54,625 nt of DNA, from positions 1 through 54,625 of IMG/VR virus record IMGVR_UViG_3300033485_000017, one strand, 5' to 3'. This stretch comes from a virus (taxonomy: Duplodnaviria; Caudoviricetes). The translations under genes were made by a program, and so were the position numbers. Shown one piece after another: positions 7,945 through 17,310 of this stretch. A model generated the notes under the pieces. That model had not been told where the DNA came from. It was given only the letters and a program-made list of their open reading frames with translations, and did no database searches. The stretch's first letter is position 1, and every line of letters begins with the position of its first letter.

Positions 7945-9219
7945 GTGTACGATTCCTCCATTGTCGAGCGGCGCTTGAGCCAAGCCAAGAAGGCCGGCTT
8001 CAAATACACCCGCCTTCCTCGTGACCGGTCGGTCGATACCGCTGCCGCCATACACCGATTGAGCCTGGACCAAAATGGCCTGCCCATCCCAGACGGCAAA
8101 CTCTCCCGTTCCCTGAGCCGCCCCGAGGAGGAATTCATCGCCAGCGAACTCCTCATCTGCAAGTGCGACTTCCTGTACTGGGTTGAGCGCTACGCCCACA
8201 TCGAGATCGACCCCGGCGTCGGCACCGACCCCAGCGGCGCCATGGACATCAACAAGATTGGCCCCACGCTCTACTTGCCTTCCCAGCGCCGGTTCCTTCA
8301 ACTGGTCGGCCGCCGCGAGGCCGAATGCCATGCTGAGAAGCGCCAATACGGATTCACCGAGGGCATCCGCATATACGCCCACAAGGTCCGCCAAGTCTGC
8401 ATCACCACTACTTGGCTCCAGATGATGCTCCACCGCATGTTATTCTGGACCGGCACCCGAGCCCACGCTGCCTCCCTGGATGACAAGCGCACTGGCGAGT
8501 TGTTCAAACGCTACCACATCATGCTGGACCACCTTCCATTCTGGATGAAGCCGGACGTGTACCCTGACGTGAAGGACACCGAGATCGGGTTCCGGCCGCC
8601 GCTGTCCTCCCGCCTCTCGTTTGAAAAGGAGAACGCTGAGACTGGCATTGGCACGGGCTCCCAGAATGACATCAGCGGCCTCACTGAAGTCGCGCTTTGG
8701 ATGCACCCTTATCAAATTCGGTACAGCTTTGTCCCTTCGATCCCCAAAGCGATCACCACCCTGCACGTCCAGGAGAGCACTTCTAACGTCAAAGGCGATT
8801 ACTGGAATGAGGTCACCGAGTCCGCCCGGCACAAGCGCCGCGGCTACGAAACCTGGGTCTACTGCTTCATCCCCTGGTATATGAATTTCATGAAATACCG
8901 GGCGAACGTGCCGGACTCGTGGACGCCCGAGGAGCACACGCAGAAGCACGCAGACCTGATCGAGCGCACGTCGCCCGAGTGGTTCGATGGGCAGACCATC
9001 CACCCGACCCGTAGCCAGTTGTACTGGTGGGAAACCACGCGCGCGGAGGCTGCACATAACGGCGAGCTGGCCGGGTTCCTGGCGTCTTACCCAGCCACGC
9101 CTGAGCAGAGTTTCCAGAATGTGAATCAGGGAGCGCTGCCCGTGGAACTCATTGAGGCTATGGAGCAGGAAGTTGTATCCGGATCTCCGTACGAACTGGA
9201 ATTGGCGGCACAGGAATGA
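7945..9219 (+). CDS. terL: Terminase large subunit, ATPase half
   Basis: Walker A variant HKVRQVCITT, Walker B variant GLTEVALW, coupling motif ESTSN, FIPWY and YPATPEQSF. Confidence 0.85.
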   Translation: MYDSSIVERRLSQAKKAGFKYTRLPRDRSVDTAAAIHRLSLDQNGLPIPDGKLSRSLSRPEEEFIASELLICKCDFLYWVERYAHIEIDPGVGTDPSGAMDINKIGPTLYLPSQRRFLQLVGRREAECHAEKRQYGFTEGIRIYAHKVRQVCITTTWLQMMLHRMLFWTGTRAHAASLDDKRTGELFKRYHIMLDHLPFWMKPDVYPDVKDTEIGFRPPLSSRLSFEKENAETGIGTGSQNDISGLTEVALWMHPYQIRYSFVPSIPKAITTLHVQESTSNVKGDYWNEVTESARHKRRGYETWVYCFIPWYMNFMKYRANVPDSWTPEEHTQKHADLIERTSPEWFDGQTIHPTRSQLYWWETTRAEAAHNGELAGFLASYPATPEQSFQNVNQGALPVELIEAMEQEVVSGSPYELELAAQE

Positions 9220-9719
9220 TCTTTGCTTACGCTGATCCTCCCTATATCGGTCTAGCACATCGCTACAATTGCCAGGAACTGGACCACGAGCATCTGGTCA
9301 AATCAATCCTACCCAAGTACGACGCTTGGGCTCTTTCCTGTTCCTCCCCTACTTTGCTTGAGGTCTTGTCTTTGTGCCCCAAGGACGTACGTGTGGCAGC
9401 TTGGGTAAAGCCATTTTGCATCTATAAGCCTGGTGTGAATCCAGCTTACGCATGGGAACCAGTCATCTTCTGGGGAGGTCGTAAGCGCGGTTGTAGAGAC
9501 CTAACTGTGCGAGATTGGGTTTCTGCGAACATAACGGTAAAGAAGGGCCTGTGTGGGGCCAAACCGGAGGAATTCTGCCTTTGGATATTCTCTCTGCTGG
9601 GGGCATTGCCGAACGACACGTTTGTGGATTTGTTTCCTGGTACGGGCGGGGTCCAATTGGCTTGGGACAGATACCGTGCTTCCCGATATGCTGACGACGT
9701 GACGAAGGAGTGGGCATGA
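9216..9719 (+). CDS. Small amino (N6A/N4C) DNA methyltransferase, beta-class motif order
   Basis: N-terminal DPPY and C-terminal DLFPGTG; visibly lower GC than flanks; ATGA overlaps at both ends. Confidence 0.8.
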   Translation: MIFAYADPPYIGLAHRYNCQELDHEHLVKSILPKYDAWALSCSSPTLLEVLSLCPKDVRVAAWVKPFCIYKPGVNPAYAWEPVIFWGGRKRGCRDLTVRDWVSANITVKKGLCGAKPEEFCLWIFSLLGALPNDTFVDLFPGTGGVQLAWDRYRASRYADDVTKEWA

Positions 9720-10618
9720 TTACACGACCTTTTCACGTCTCCGGCAACTCCCTGCTCCCATTTTCCGACTCGGAAGAATCACTCCAGGCCGACCCTCGGG
9801 GCATTGTCTGGATGTTCGAGGAGCCCATTCCCCAGGCCCAGTACATCATGGGTTGTGACGCTTCTGTCGGCATTACCGGCTGGTCCCGCGCTACCTCCAC
9901 TGACGGCGACCACAAGATTGACAACGGCGCCATCGAGATTTTCCGTGTTGATGCGATCAAACGCCTATTGACCCTCAAGGACGGTTCCCCCGACATCGAC
10001 CCTGTGACCAAGCTCCAGAAACACATCTATCGGGACTTGCAGGTCTGCGAGTTCGCCGCCCCTGTCGATGCTGTGGACATCGCCCGTGTCGCCAATGTCC
10101 TCGGCCGCATCTACGCCGGTAACGCCGAAGACCAGTGTGAACTCATCTTGGAGTCCTACCCTGGCCCTGGAATGCTCACGCTCCAGGAATTAATGCGACT
10201 GGGGTATATGAACCTGTGGCAGTGGGAGCGGATCGCCGATGGAGTGGCTGAGCAGACGCCCCGGATCGGCTGGTACTCAGGCCGGGAAACGCAGAAAATT
10301 CTGTGGTACCGGTCGCGCCGCCACCTGATGGAGCGGAAGGCCAAAGTCCTATCTCCCTGGCTGCTGGATGAGTACCGCTCCGCTGTCATCGACATGAGCA
10401 AGTTGCGCGGCGTGGCCGGCGGTGGCGCTCACGATGACCGGATGCAGGCAGCAAACATGGCCTTCTGGGCAGGGCATCAGTGGACCTACGACCCCGAGCG
10501 CACGAATGAGCCCGTCACCCTATCCCCGGCAATCGAGCCCCAGCGCATGGCACCCGTCCTGGGCGAGTACAAGTCCTATAGGGATGCCTGGGTCGATGCG
10601 GTGGAGGAGTGGGAATAG
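9716..10618 (+). CDS. terL: Terminase large subunit, RNase H-like nuclease half
   Basis: YIMGCDASVG, ILESYPGPG and HDDRMQA acidic motifs; ATG 9716 overlaps the MTase stop. Confidence 0.8.
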   Translation: MITRPFHVSGNSLLPFSDSEESLQADPRGIVWMFEEPIPQAQYIMGCDASVGITGWSRATSTDGDHKIDNGAIEIFRVDAIKRLLTLKDGSPDIDPVTKLQKHIYRDLQVCEFAAPVDAVDIARVANVLGRIYAGNAEDQCELILESYPGPGMLTLQELMRLGYMNLWQWERIADGVAEQTPRIGWYSGRETQKILWYRSRRHLMERKAKVLSPWLLDEYRSAVIDMSKLRGVAGGGAHDDRMQAANMAFWAGHQWTYDPERTNEPVTLSPAIEPQRMAPVLGEYKSYRDAWVDAVEEWE

Positions 10619-10625
10619 TTTCGGC

Positions 10626-10655
10626 TTGACACCCACACTTCTTCACTTGTAAACT
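10626..10655 (+). promoter_or_regulatory. Sigma70-type promoter
   Basis: TTGACA-N18-TAAACT, 7 nt before GTG 10663; spacer contains CTTCACTTG. Confidence 0.65.
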
Positions 10656-10662
10656 GTCTTCC

Positions 10663-10962
10663 GTGAGTATCGCCAAGCGCAAAGTTGAGCCTCCGGGCAT
10701 GGCCGCCGAGTCCTACCGTGATTCTCCCTCGGCCGTGCCCACTTTTTCCGGCCCTCCGGACTCTGAACTGATCGACCCCAATGCCGATTACTCGACTGAG
10801 TTCTGCGCCCTCACGATCCGGCCGGACGGCTGCGGCGAGGCTGTGGTCCTCATCCAACCGGAGATCCTGAAGCGCATCCTGTCCCGTGCTCAAACCCGCG
10901 ATCCCGCTGTGTACTTGTGGGAGAACATCCTCCGGGCTGCTCTGATTGGCCACGTTTACTGA
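10663..10962 (+). CDS. Hypothetical protein
   Basis: ORF directly after the promoter; phage-typical codon use. Confidence 0.65.
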   Translation: MSIAKRKVEPPGMAAESYRDSPSAVPTFSGPPDSELIDPNADYSTEFCALTIRPDGCGEAVVLIQPEILKRILSRAQTRDPAVYLWENILRAALIGHVY

Positions 10963-10969
10963 GGTCCTT

Positions 10970-11356
10970 ATGCCCTGTGTGTCCTGGATCTGCGGTAACT
11001 GCCGTTCCATGCATCCCGGCTCCGTCCCCTCCTGCCCTAAGTGCGGCTTGTCCCGGCGCGAACTGCGCCACTCCACCAAGGCCGTGGTCTACCGCAACCC
11101 TGCCACTGGCGAGCACCGGACCCCCGCCCGGAGCGACGTTCCCATGCCCGAGGTCTACGCCTGCCAGGGCTTCGTCCGGGAAGAGATCGACAACATGAGC
11201 GCATTCGAGCGGGAGACCGGCCTGGTACACGAAGCCTCGAATTACAACCAGGGCGGCGCGACGGCTGAGAGGGACCTGGCTGCTCACTGCGAACCCCTCC
11301 CAATCAAGGGCCTCGACGCTCCCTCTAACACTCCTTCCAGCTCCCCTGACGTATAA
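10970..11356 (+). CDS. Zinc-ribbon protein preceding the portal
   Basis: GAGG RBS; WICGNC-x10-CPKC. Confidence 0.7.
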   Translation: MPCVSWICGNCRSMHPGSVPSCPKCGLSRRELRHSTKAVVYRNPATGEHRTPARSDVPMPEVYACQGFVREEIDNMSAFERETGLVHEASNYNQGGATAERDLAAHCEPLPIKGLDAPSNTPSSSPDV

Positions 11357-11380
11357 TCATCCCCAGAGGCTGCGGACTTC

Positions 11381-13330
11381 ATGCCCGACTACTATAGCGA
11401 TTTGCCGCCCGTCAAGACGATGGACGAGGCCAAGCCCGGCTCTGTGGACTACGCCATCCTCGAATGGTGCGAGTCCCGGCTATCGGACGGCCGCCGGTTC
11501 GTCGAGTCCTCCGTTGGCTACGACCGCATCTCCCGCTCGCTCGATGCCATCTTCGACGCTGAGCGCGAGTCCGGTTCCTCCTACGTTCCCACCCCCAAGC
11601 CCCTCTCCCGCACCCGTGCCAATTTCGTGGCCAAAACCGCCGAAGATGTGACCGCCCTCCTCACCGACACGCGCGTCTTCTGGAACTATTCCACGAGCAA
11701 CCCGAAGTACGAGCAGCAGGCCCGACTGGCGAACAAGGATGCGGAACTGTGGTATACGTCCCGCCTCATCGATCTGCGCCTCGCCGATGGCATCCGCCAC
11801 TACACCACCTCGGGCTCCGCTGTCATCCACCTTTACTATTCGCGTCGGCTGAACGACATGATGGTCGAGGCGGAGGACCCGCGGCACGTCTTCCCCATCG
11901 AACCCATCTCCTACCATACGTTCCAGGACGCCCTCGGAGTCATCATCCGTAAGGCCCGCACGCCCACGTGGGTACGGAACGAGTACGGGAAGGACGTGAA
12001 GCCCGACATCGGCGACCCCGGCATTTTTAGTTGGTTCACGCGCACGCTCAGTGGCAAGCCCAAGCATTCTGGCCCGCTGTCCAAGCGTCACGGCGGCGAA
12101 GAGGCCATCCCTGCCACTCCCACGGTCTTCGTCAACACGATGTATTTGGATGACCGCCGGACCAACAAGACCAACAAGGTAGTCATGATGGGTGAGTTCA
12201 GCGAGGATGGCACACCCAAGAACCCCTGGTCGTACCTGGTTCCCCCCGGAGCCCCCTTATACCCGTTCAAGCGCTTGATTGTCTGGTGTTCCGGCGTCCT
12301 CCTATACGACGGCCCCTCGCCCTACTGGCACTCGATGTACCCGGTCATGAAGCTGACGCTCAACCCGTGGCCCAACTCGTGGCTCGGCAAGGCGCCGCTC
12401 TGGGACGTGCTCCCGCTGAACGAGAGCCTGAACTCCCTGTTGCGCATCATCGACGACCATGCTGCCCAAGTAGCCCAACCTGGCGTGATTGCCGACCGGA
12501 ACGTCTCCCGCGCCGAACTCAACAAGTTCAACTCTCGTGCCGCCGGTTACCAGATTCGCACCAACTTGGCTTCCGGCAAGGGCATCCAGGTGGTCAATCC
12601 TCCTCCGCTCGACTCTGCCCTTTGGCCCCACATCGATAAGATCCTCGAATTCATCCGGCAACTATCCGGCACGGCCGATGTGTCCCAGATCTCCCAGCTT
12701 GCCCAGATCCCCAGTTCGGACACAATCGACACGATCATGAAGGCGATGACGCCGAACATCCGCCTCCGTTCCCGCATCCTCGAAGGCTTCATGAGGGAAC
12801 TGGCCGAGCAATACCTATACTCAGTGGCGGAATTCGACACCCTTGCCAAGCGCATCGCCAAGTTCGGCCCGGCCGCCGTCACCCCCGAGGACTTCGACTA
12901 CAACCCCCGGACGTTCATCCCCGACGACATTCCAGACGGGGACCCCGGCGACATTGCCTCGATGGAGAACGCGCTCGGGGAAGGCCCGCGGCCGATCTAT
13001 TCCCGTGCGAAGGCCATGCTGCGTTCGTTCAGTTACAACTACAAGCGTGGCTCGCTGCTCAACTCGGCCGCTCAGCAGGATCTGATGGAGGATCTGTTGT
13101 TGGCCAAGATGGGATACCTGAGCGTGTTCACGTTGATGGAGCGCATGGGCCGCATGAACTTTGCCCCACCCTCGGTCCAGGTGCCTAACTCGGAGCTGGA
13201 GCGGCTCCAGCTTCAGCAGCAGCTCGGCATCGGGATGATCGCCAACGCTCAAGGCAGGAAGGCCACCAACCAGGAGCCTCCCCAAGTGAGCAACGACGGC
13301 GGCGGGGATGTGACGCTTCAGACCAGTTAG
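11381..13330 (+). CDS. Portal protein (P22-like size and position)
   Basis: 649 aa after the terminase; LNESLNSLLRIIDDHAAQVAQPGVI and IRQLSG portal-like segments. Confidence 0.85.
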   Translation: MPDYYSDLPPVKTMDEAKPGSVDYAILEWCESRLSDGRRFVESSVGYDRISRSLDAIFDAERESGSSYVPTPKPLSRTRANFVAKTAEDVTALLTDTRVFWNYSTSNPKYEQQARLANKDAELWYTSRLIDLRLADGIRHYTTSGSAVIHLYYSRRLNDMMVEAEDPRHVFPIEPISYHTFQDALGVIIRKARTPTWVRNEYGKDVKPDIGDPGIFSWFTRTLSGKPKHSGPLSKRHGGEEAIPATPTVFVNTMYLDDRRTNKTNKVVMMGEFSEDGTPKNPWSYLVPPGAPLYPFKRLIVWCSGVLLYDGPSPYWHSMYPVMKLTLNPWPNSWLGKAPLWDVLPLNESLNSLLRIIDDHAAQVAQPGVIADRNVSRAELNKFNSRAAGYQIRTNLASGKGIQVVNPPPLDSALWPHIDKILEFIRQLSGTADVSQISQLAQIPSSDTIDTIMKAMTPNIRLRSRILEGFMRELAEQYLYSVAEFDTLAKRIAKFGPAAVTPEDFDYNPRTFIPDDIPDGDPGDIASMENALGEGPRPIYSRAKAMLRSFSYNYKRGSLLNSAAQQDLMEDLLLAKMGYLSVFTLMERMGRMNFAPPSVQVPNSELERLQLQQQLGIGMIANAQGRKATNQEPPQVSNDGGGDVTLQTS

Positions 13331-13477
13331 CCCCTGCGCGTGGCTCCCGGCCCAAGATTCCGACTCGGAATATTCCCCCTACTTTCCAAACTTTCACCTA
13401 GAAACTCCTTCCCCTTCTAGGACTTACGTTGACATTCATGCTACCATCCACTGTGAAGGTAGGTTTTGTAAAGCAGC

Positions 13478-13657
13478 ATGGCCAAAGAGAAGTGGATTGC
13501 CGGGGCCATTAAGCATCCAGGGGCGCTGCACAAGCAACTTGGCGTCCCCCAGGGCGAGCGCATCCCGGAGAAGAAACTCTCTGCTGCTGCCAAAAAGGGT
13601 GGGACTCTGGGCAAACGAGCCCGTCTGGCTCAGACACTCAAGGGCTTCCACCACTAA
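13478..13657 (+). CDS. Conserved small basic phage protein (59 aa, below the ORF-track cutoff)
   Basis: MAKEKWIAGAIKHPGALHKQLGVPQGERIPEKKLSAAAKKGGTLGKRARLAQTLKGFHH. Confidence 0.85.
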   Translation: MAKEKWIAGAIKHPGALHKQLGVPQGERIPEKKLSAAAKKGGTLGKRARLAQTLKGFHH

Positions 13658-13671
13658 AACCTTAGGGACCT

Positions 13672-13863
13672 ATGGCTGCCGACACACAGGTCGAGTTCAA
13701 ATCCGGTCTCAAGGGCCTATCAGCGGCACGTAAGGCGGCCAAGTTAGGCACTTCAGCAATCTCGATGGCCAGGAAACGCGAGGAAGTTCCGGGGAAACTG
13801 GGTAAGCAGTCCTCCCTATCCGGAGCCCTCTCCAGTCTACGCAGGAAAGGAGCGGTCAGGTAA
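13672..13863 (+). CDS. Small Lys/Arg-rich protein
   Basis: 63 aa; stop overlaps the next ATG (TAATG). Confidence 0.65.
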   Translation: MAADTQVEFKSGLKGLSAARKAAKLGTSAISMARKREEVPGKLGKQSSLSGALSSLRRKGAVR

Positions 13864-13997
13864 TGGCAAAAACGTGCATGGCATCGGGCGGCGGAAAGTC
13901 CCAGCCCGGCTTCGGACGCAAGACCAAGGGTTCCGCCTCGCTCGGCAAGAGCACCGGCAAGGCGTTCGGGAAGAGCGCGTCTCCAGCGGGGAAATAA
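13863..13997 (+). CDS. Small Lys/Gly-rich protein (44 aa, not in track)
   Basis: AAGGAG upstream; MAKTCMASGGGKSQPGFGRKTKGSASLGKSTGKAFGKSASPAGK; abuts the next ATG. Confidence 0.65.
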   Translation: MAKTCMASGGGKSQPGFGRKTKGSASLGKSTGKAFGKSASPAGK

Positions 13998-14429
13998 ATG
14001 GGCGGCTTCACTGCCAATCCGGGTTCGTCCGCGGCGGCCTCCCCTCTTCCACCGCTGCCCAATTTGCCCGCCGCACCGGCTGCCGGGGGTCAAGGCTCCG
14101 CCAGCGCCCCAGCCCCCGGCTCACCGGACTTTCTGGCATCCATCCTGTCGGGCATCGCGCCGGTCAAGATGGCGGTCGATCAGATCCACTCTGCCTGTCA
14201 GCAGATTGTCCGCAATGGCATCAACCCGGAGGCCGAGCAGATCTGCGGCCAGATCGTCGCGCTGGCATCTTCCCTCTTGCCCATAGCCGCGCAGCAGGCG
14301 CTGCAACCCGGTATGGGCGGCGCTGGCGGTGGCATGAACATGCTTCCTCCTCCCGGACCCCCGGCCCCGGTAGGAGGTGTTCCTCCTGGCGGAGGAGTCA
14401 TTCCGGGGATGACAGGACAGGCGGGCTAA
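13998..14429 (+). CDS. Pro/Gly-rich head-assembly-region protein
   Basis: Helical core with low-complexity ends; lies between portal and scaffold. Confidence 0.7.
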   Translation: MGGFTANPGSSAAASPLPPLPNLPAAPAAGGQGSASAPAPGSPDFLASILSGIAPVKMAVDQIHSACQQIVRNGINPEAEQICGQIVALASSLLPIAAQQALQPGMGGAGGGMNMLPPPGPPAPVGGVPPGGGVIPGMTGQAG

Positions 14430-14433
14430 CGAC

Positions 14434-15252
14434 ATGACAGCACAGGAATTGTTCAATTATCTGATTGGCGACGCGGGGCTGGATGAAGCGACTGCCAAGG
14501 CGGTGATGGCGGCGGCCAGTAACGAGAAAGTGGCTGCCAAGGCGGGGACGCTGAAGCAGCAGCAGGAATTCGACGCGATTCAGGCGAAGACGGCCGAACT
14601 CCAGGCGAAACTGGATGGCACCAAGGACAAGCCGGGCGCCTCGGCCTACGAGCAGTGGTACCAGAAGAACTGGGCATCAATACAACAGTTGCAGCAGACT
14701 GTGGCCCGGTACCAGGAGCGCTATGGAGCCCTCGACGAAGGCGGGGCGGCCGGCGCAGGCGCAGGGGCTGCTGGTGCTGCCGGAGCTGGCGCCGCCGCGG
14801 GAGCCAAACCGATGACCAAGGAAGAGATCGCCACAGTGGTCAACGAAGTGATCCAGGGCAACTACGGCCCCCGGTGGAGCACGCTGCTGACCTCGACTGG
14901 AACCATCCTGGAGCGCCACATCCGCGCAGGCCGCAAGAACCCCATTGACTGGCAGAAGCTTTCCCAGATTGCCGAGACCAAGGGCGGGGACGTTGCGGCG
15001 GCATACGAGGAATGGGACAAGCCCGAGGCTGAGGCTTCGGCCAAGGCAGCCCAGGACAAGGAAGTCGAGCGCCGGGTCAAGGAAGAATTGGCCAAGCGGC
15101 AGACGCAGGCTGCGTTCCCGGCTGGTGCCGACGCGACCCCGAGTGGAAGCGCCGGAATCACGCGGGGCGGCGCCCCGGCCAAGTACGACCGCACCAAGGT
15201 GATCGAGGCGGCGGTGACCGGCAAGTATGACGGCAACCAAGCGGCTGCCTAA
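14434..15252 (+). CDS. Putative capsid scaffolding protein
   Basis: Coiled-coil, Ala/Glu/Lys/Gln-rich, directly upstream of the capsid gene. Confidence 0.7.
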   Translation: MTAQELFNYLIGDAGLDEATAKAVMAAASNEKVAAKAGTLKQQQEFDAIQAKTAELQAKLDGTKDKPGASAYEQWYQKNWASIQQLQQTVARYQERYGALDEGGAAGAGAGAAGAAGAGAAAGAKPMTKEEIATVVNEVIQGNYGPRWSTLLTSTGTILERHIRAGRKNPIDWQKLSQIAETKGGDVAAAYEEWDKPEAEASAKAAQDKEVERRVKEELAKRQTQAAFPAGADATPSGSAGITRGGAPAKYDRTKVIEAAVTGKYDGNQAAA

Positions 15253-15292
15253 CGAGTAGGGAGTTCAGTACGAGCAGACAGGAGACGTTCAG

Positions 15293-16408
15293 ATGCCTGA
15301 CAACTTGACGCAAATCGAGGTCACGACTCGCCGATACATCGACGAGCAGCCGAAACTCCGTGACCTCGTCTTCAACAAGGACCCCCTGATGTCCTTTCTC
15401 GATGAGAACTGTCTGGACGAAGTCCCCGGCGGCTCGTCCTGGAATGACAACATCGAGTACGACGTTCAGGACGGCGGGTCCTACTCCAAGGGCCAGGATC
15501 TACCGGCCGACCAACGCCAGATCGAGCAGCAGCTTCGCTTCGATCCGAAGTACCAGACGGTCCTGATCCCCTTCTACAAAGAGGACATCAAGGTCCTCAA
15601 CACCGGTCCGCTCGCCGTAGTGAAGCTGGTCGAGGAGCGCGTGGACTCGGCCTACATGCAGCTCGGGGCGCAGACCGCTCTCCAGCTCTACATGCAGGGC
15701 CAGGCCGGAAATTACATCAAGCAGATCAACGGACTGGACGAGGCGCTCTCGGACGGCGCGAACAATGGATGGCAAGGCGCCACCTACGCCACTTACGGGA
15801 CTCTGACCCGCGCCCTGTACGGCGGCCGTATGCTCGCCCCCGCTCCGGTCAACTTCGCCCACGGTGCCATCACCCTGCCGCAAATCGAGGCGATGTATCA
15901 GTCGGTCAACTACGGTTCCGGCGAGTATGAGCCCAACATCATCCTGACCACCGCCCGCGGCCTGGGCTTTATCCGCAACAACTACCAGACGCAGCAGAGG
16001 TTCCAGAACGTGACGGTCGCCAAGGGCGGCTTCCGCGGCCTGGAATACAACGGTGCTGTCATCCTGGCTTCCCGTTACGCCCCTGGCCAGTACATGACCG
16101 GACCGGCGCTGGCTGGCACCAACGACCGTGTTGCCGTGCGGTACCTGTCCTACACGACCCAGGGCAACGTCGTCGCTTACCCGGCTGGTTCGCTGGGTGC
16201 CAACGACGAGTCGATCTGGATGCTGAATGCCCGCAAGCCGATGATTAAGTACCGCATCTCGAAGCAGGCACCCTTCAACGGCTCCCTCGACGACGACGGG
16301 TTCATCCCGTCCGCCGGAAACACCAAGCTGGTAGGAAAGATCCTGCTGGCTCACAACCTGAGCGTCCTGCCGGGCTATCATTGCTACGGCTACGGATTTA
16401 CGTCGTAA
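15293..16408 (+). CDS. Major capsid protein
   Basis: AGGAG RBS, 371 aa, strong codon bias; INGLDEAL, PNIILTT and GFRGLEYNGA segments typical of HK97-fold capsids; position. Confidence 0.85.
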   Translation: MPDNLTQIEVTTRRYIDEQPKLRDLVFNKDPLMSFLDENCLDEVPGGSSWNDNIEYDVQDGGSYSKGQDLPADQRQIEQQLRFDPKYQTVLIPFYKEDIKVLNTGPLAVVKLVEERVDSAYMQLGAQTALQLYMQGQAGNYIKQINGLDEALSDGANNGWQGATYATYGTLTRALYGGRMLAPAPVNFAHGAITLPQIEAMYQSVNYGSGEYEPNIILTTARGLGFIRNNYQTQQRFQNVTVAKGGFRGLEYNGAVILASRYAPGQYMTGPALAGTNDRVAVRYLSYTTQGNVVAYPAGSLGANDESIWMLNARKPMIKYRISKQAPFNGSLDDDGFIPSAGNTKLVGKILLAHNLSVLPGYHCYGYGFTS

Positions 16409-16435
16409 CTGGCGGAGAGTAGAGGAGATACTAAC

Positions 16436-17017
16436 ATGCAAGTCTATAAGCGGATCGCCAATCCGTACATGCCGCAGGGGACACCGAATCTGACCAATTC
16501 CCCTAGCTACCCACCCCACATCTCCGCCACGTCGGGCCTGACAAACTTCTACGCCCCAGGCGAGATTGGGTGCCGGTTCTCGGATGAGAATCGCGGCCGT
16601 GAGTACCACCGTGTCATCGTCGATTCCGGTGCCACATCAGCCACCCCCGTGGGCGCGGTCGCTGCCAACCAGCTCGCTTTCTGGAAGCAGCGGCCTCTGC
16701 TGGTCACCAATGACAAGCGCTTTGCCGAATCCGGACCGACCGCTGCTGTCAACCAGGTCGCCGGCATCTTCCAGGTGGCGGCCACGCCAGGCTACGTGGT
16801 TGACCTGTGCACGGGTGGCATCAACGTCAGCGTCGCCTCGGACGGCTCCGGTACGCCGGGCTGTGCCGTATTCTCGGATGCCACGGCCAACACCGCCCGT
16901 GTTGTGGCCGCCGCTTCCGTTGTCACTGCGCCGCTCAGCCAGAAGCTCGGCACCCTCAAGACTGCTGGTGCCACTGCCCTGGTGGATGTGGCGATTGGTG
17001 AATTCCTTGGTATGTAA
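16436..17017 (+). CDS. Putative capsid decoration/cement protein
   Basis: GAGGAG RBS; Ala/Gly/Thr-rich; follows the capsid gene. Confidence 0.6.
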   Translation: MQVYKRIANPYMPQGTPNLTNSPSYPPHISATSGLTNFYAPGEIGCRFSDENRGREYHRVIVDSGATSATPVGAVAANQLAFWKQRPLLVTNDKRFAESGPTAAVNQVAGIFQVAATPGYVVDLCTGGINVSVASDGSGTPGCAVFSDATANTARVVAAASVVTAPLSQKLGTLKTAGATALVDVAIGEFLGM

Positions 17018-17025
17018 GGAGGCTT

Positions 17026-17292
17026 ATGGCCGACGTGACGATCAACAATACGCCCACCCGGCACGTCTGGGGCGACCTAGTAGTCCGCATCTTTGACGTG
17101 TCCGGTGCCTCCGGATCGATACTTCGAACCGGCATGGGGAGCATCCTGCTGGTAGGATGGCAGCCGTGCACGAGCGCTGGTGCGGCTTCCATTCTGAGCA
17201 CGTACTCGGAATCGGCCGGAGTGTTGACCCTGATCACTACGGGAGCCGCGATGGTCAACGAAGTGGTCTTTGTCGTTTCCCGCACGGGGTAG
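17026..17292 (+). CDS. Small virion protein
   Basis: AAGGAGG RBS; beta-rich. Confidence 0.7.
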   Translation: MADVTINNTPTRHVWGDLVVRIFDVSGASGSILRTGMGSILLVGWQPCTSAGAASILSTYSESAGVLTLITTGAAMVNEVVFVVSRTG

Positions 17293-17310
17293 CCTCGGTG
17301 GAGGTGCCCC

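Noticed and set aside
9216-9719. Group I intron or intein in terL
   Set aside because: The interval is fully occupied by an MTase ORF coupled at both ends; no room for ribozyme structure and no intein terminal motifs seen.
15500-16609. Long antisense ORFs (also 3879-4793, 24400-25644, 32476-33555, 42525-43520, 53301-54299)
   Set aside because: Expected shadows of high-GC genes; no motifs or RBS.
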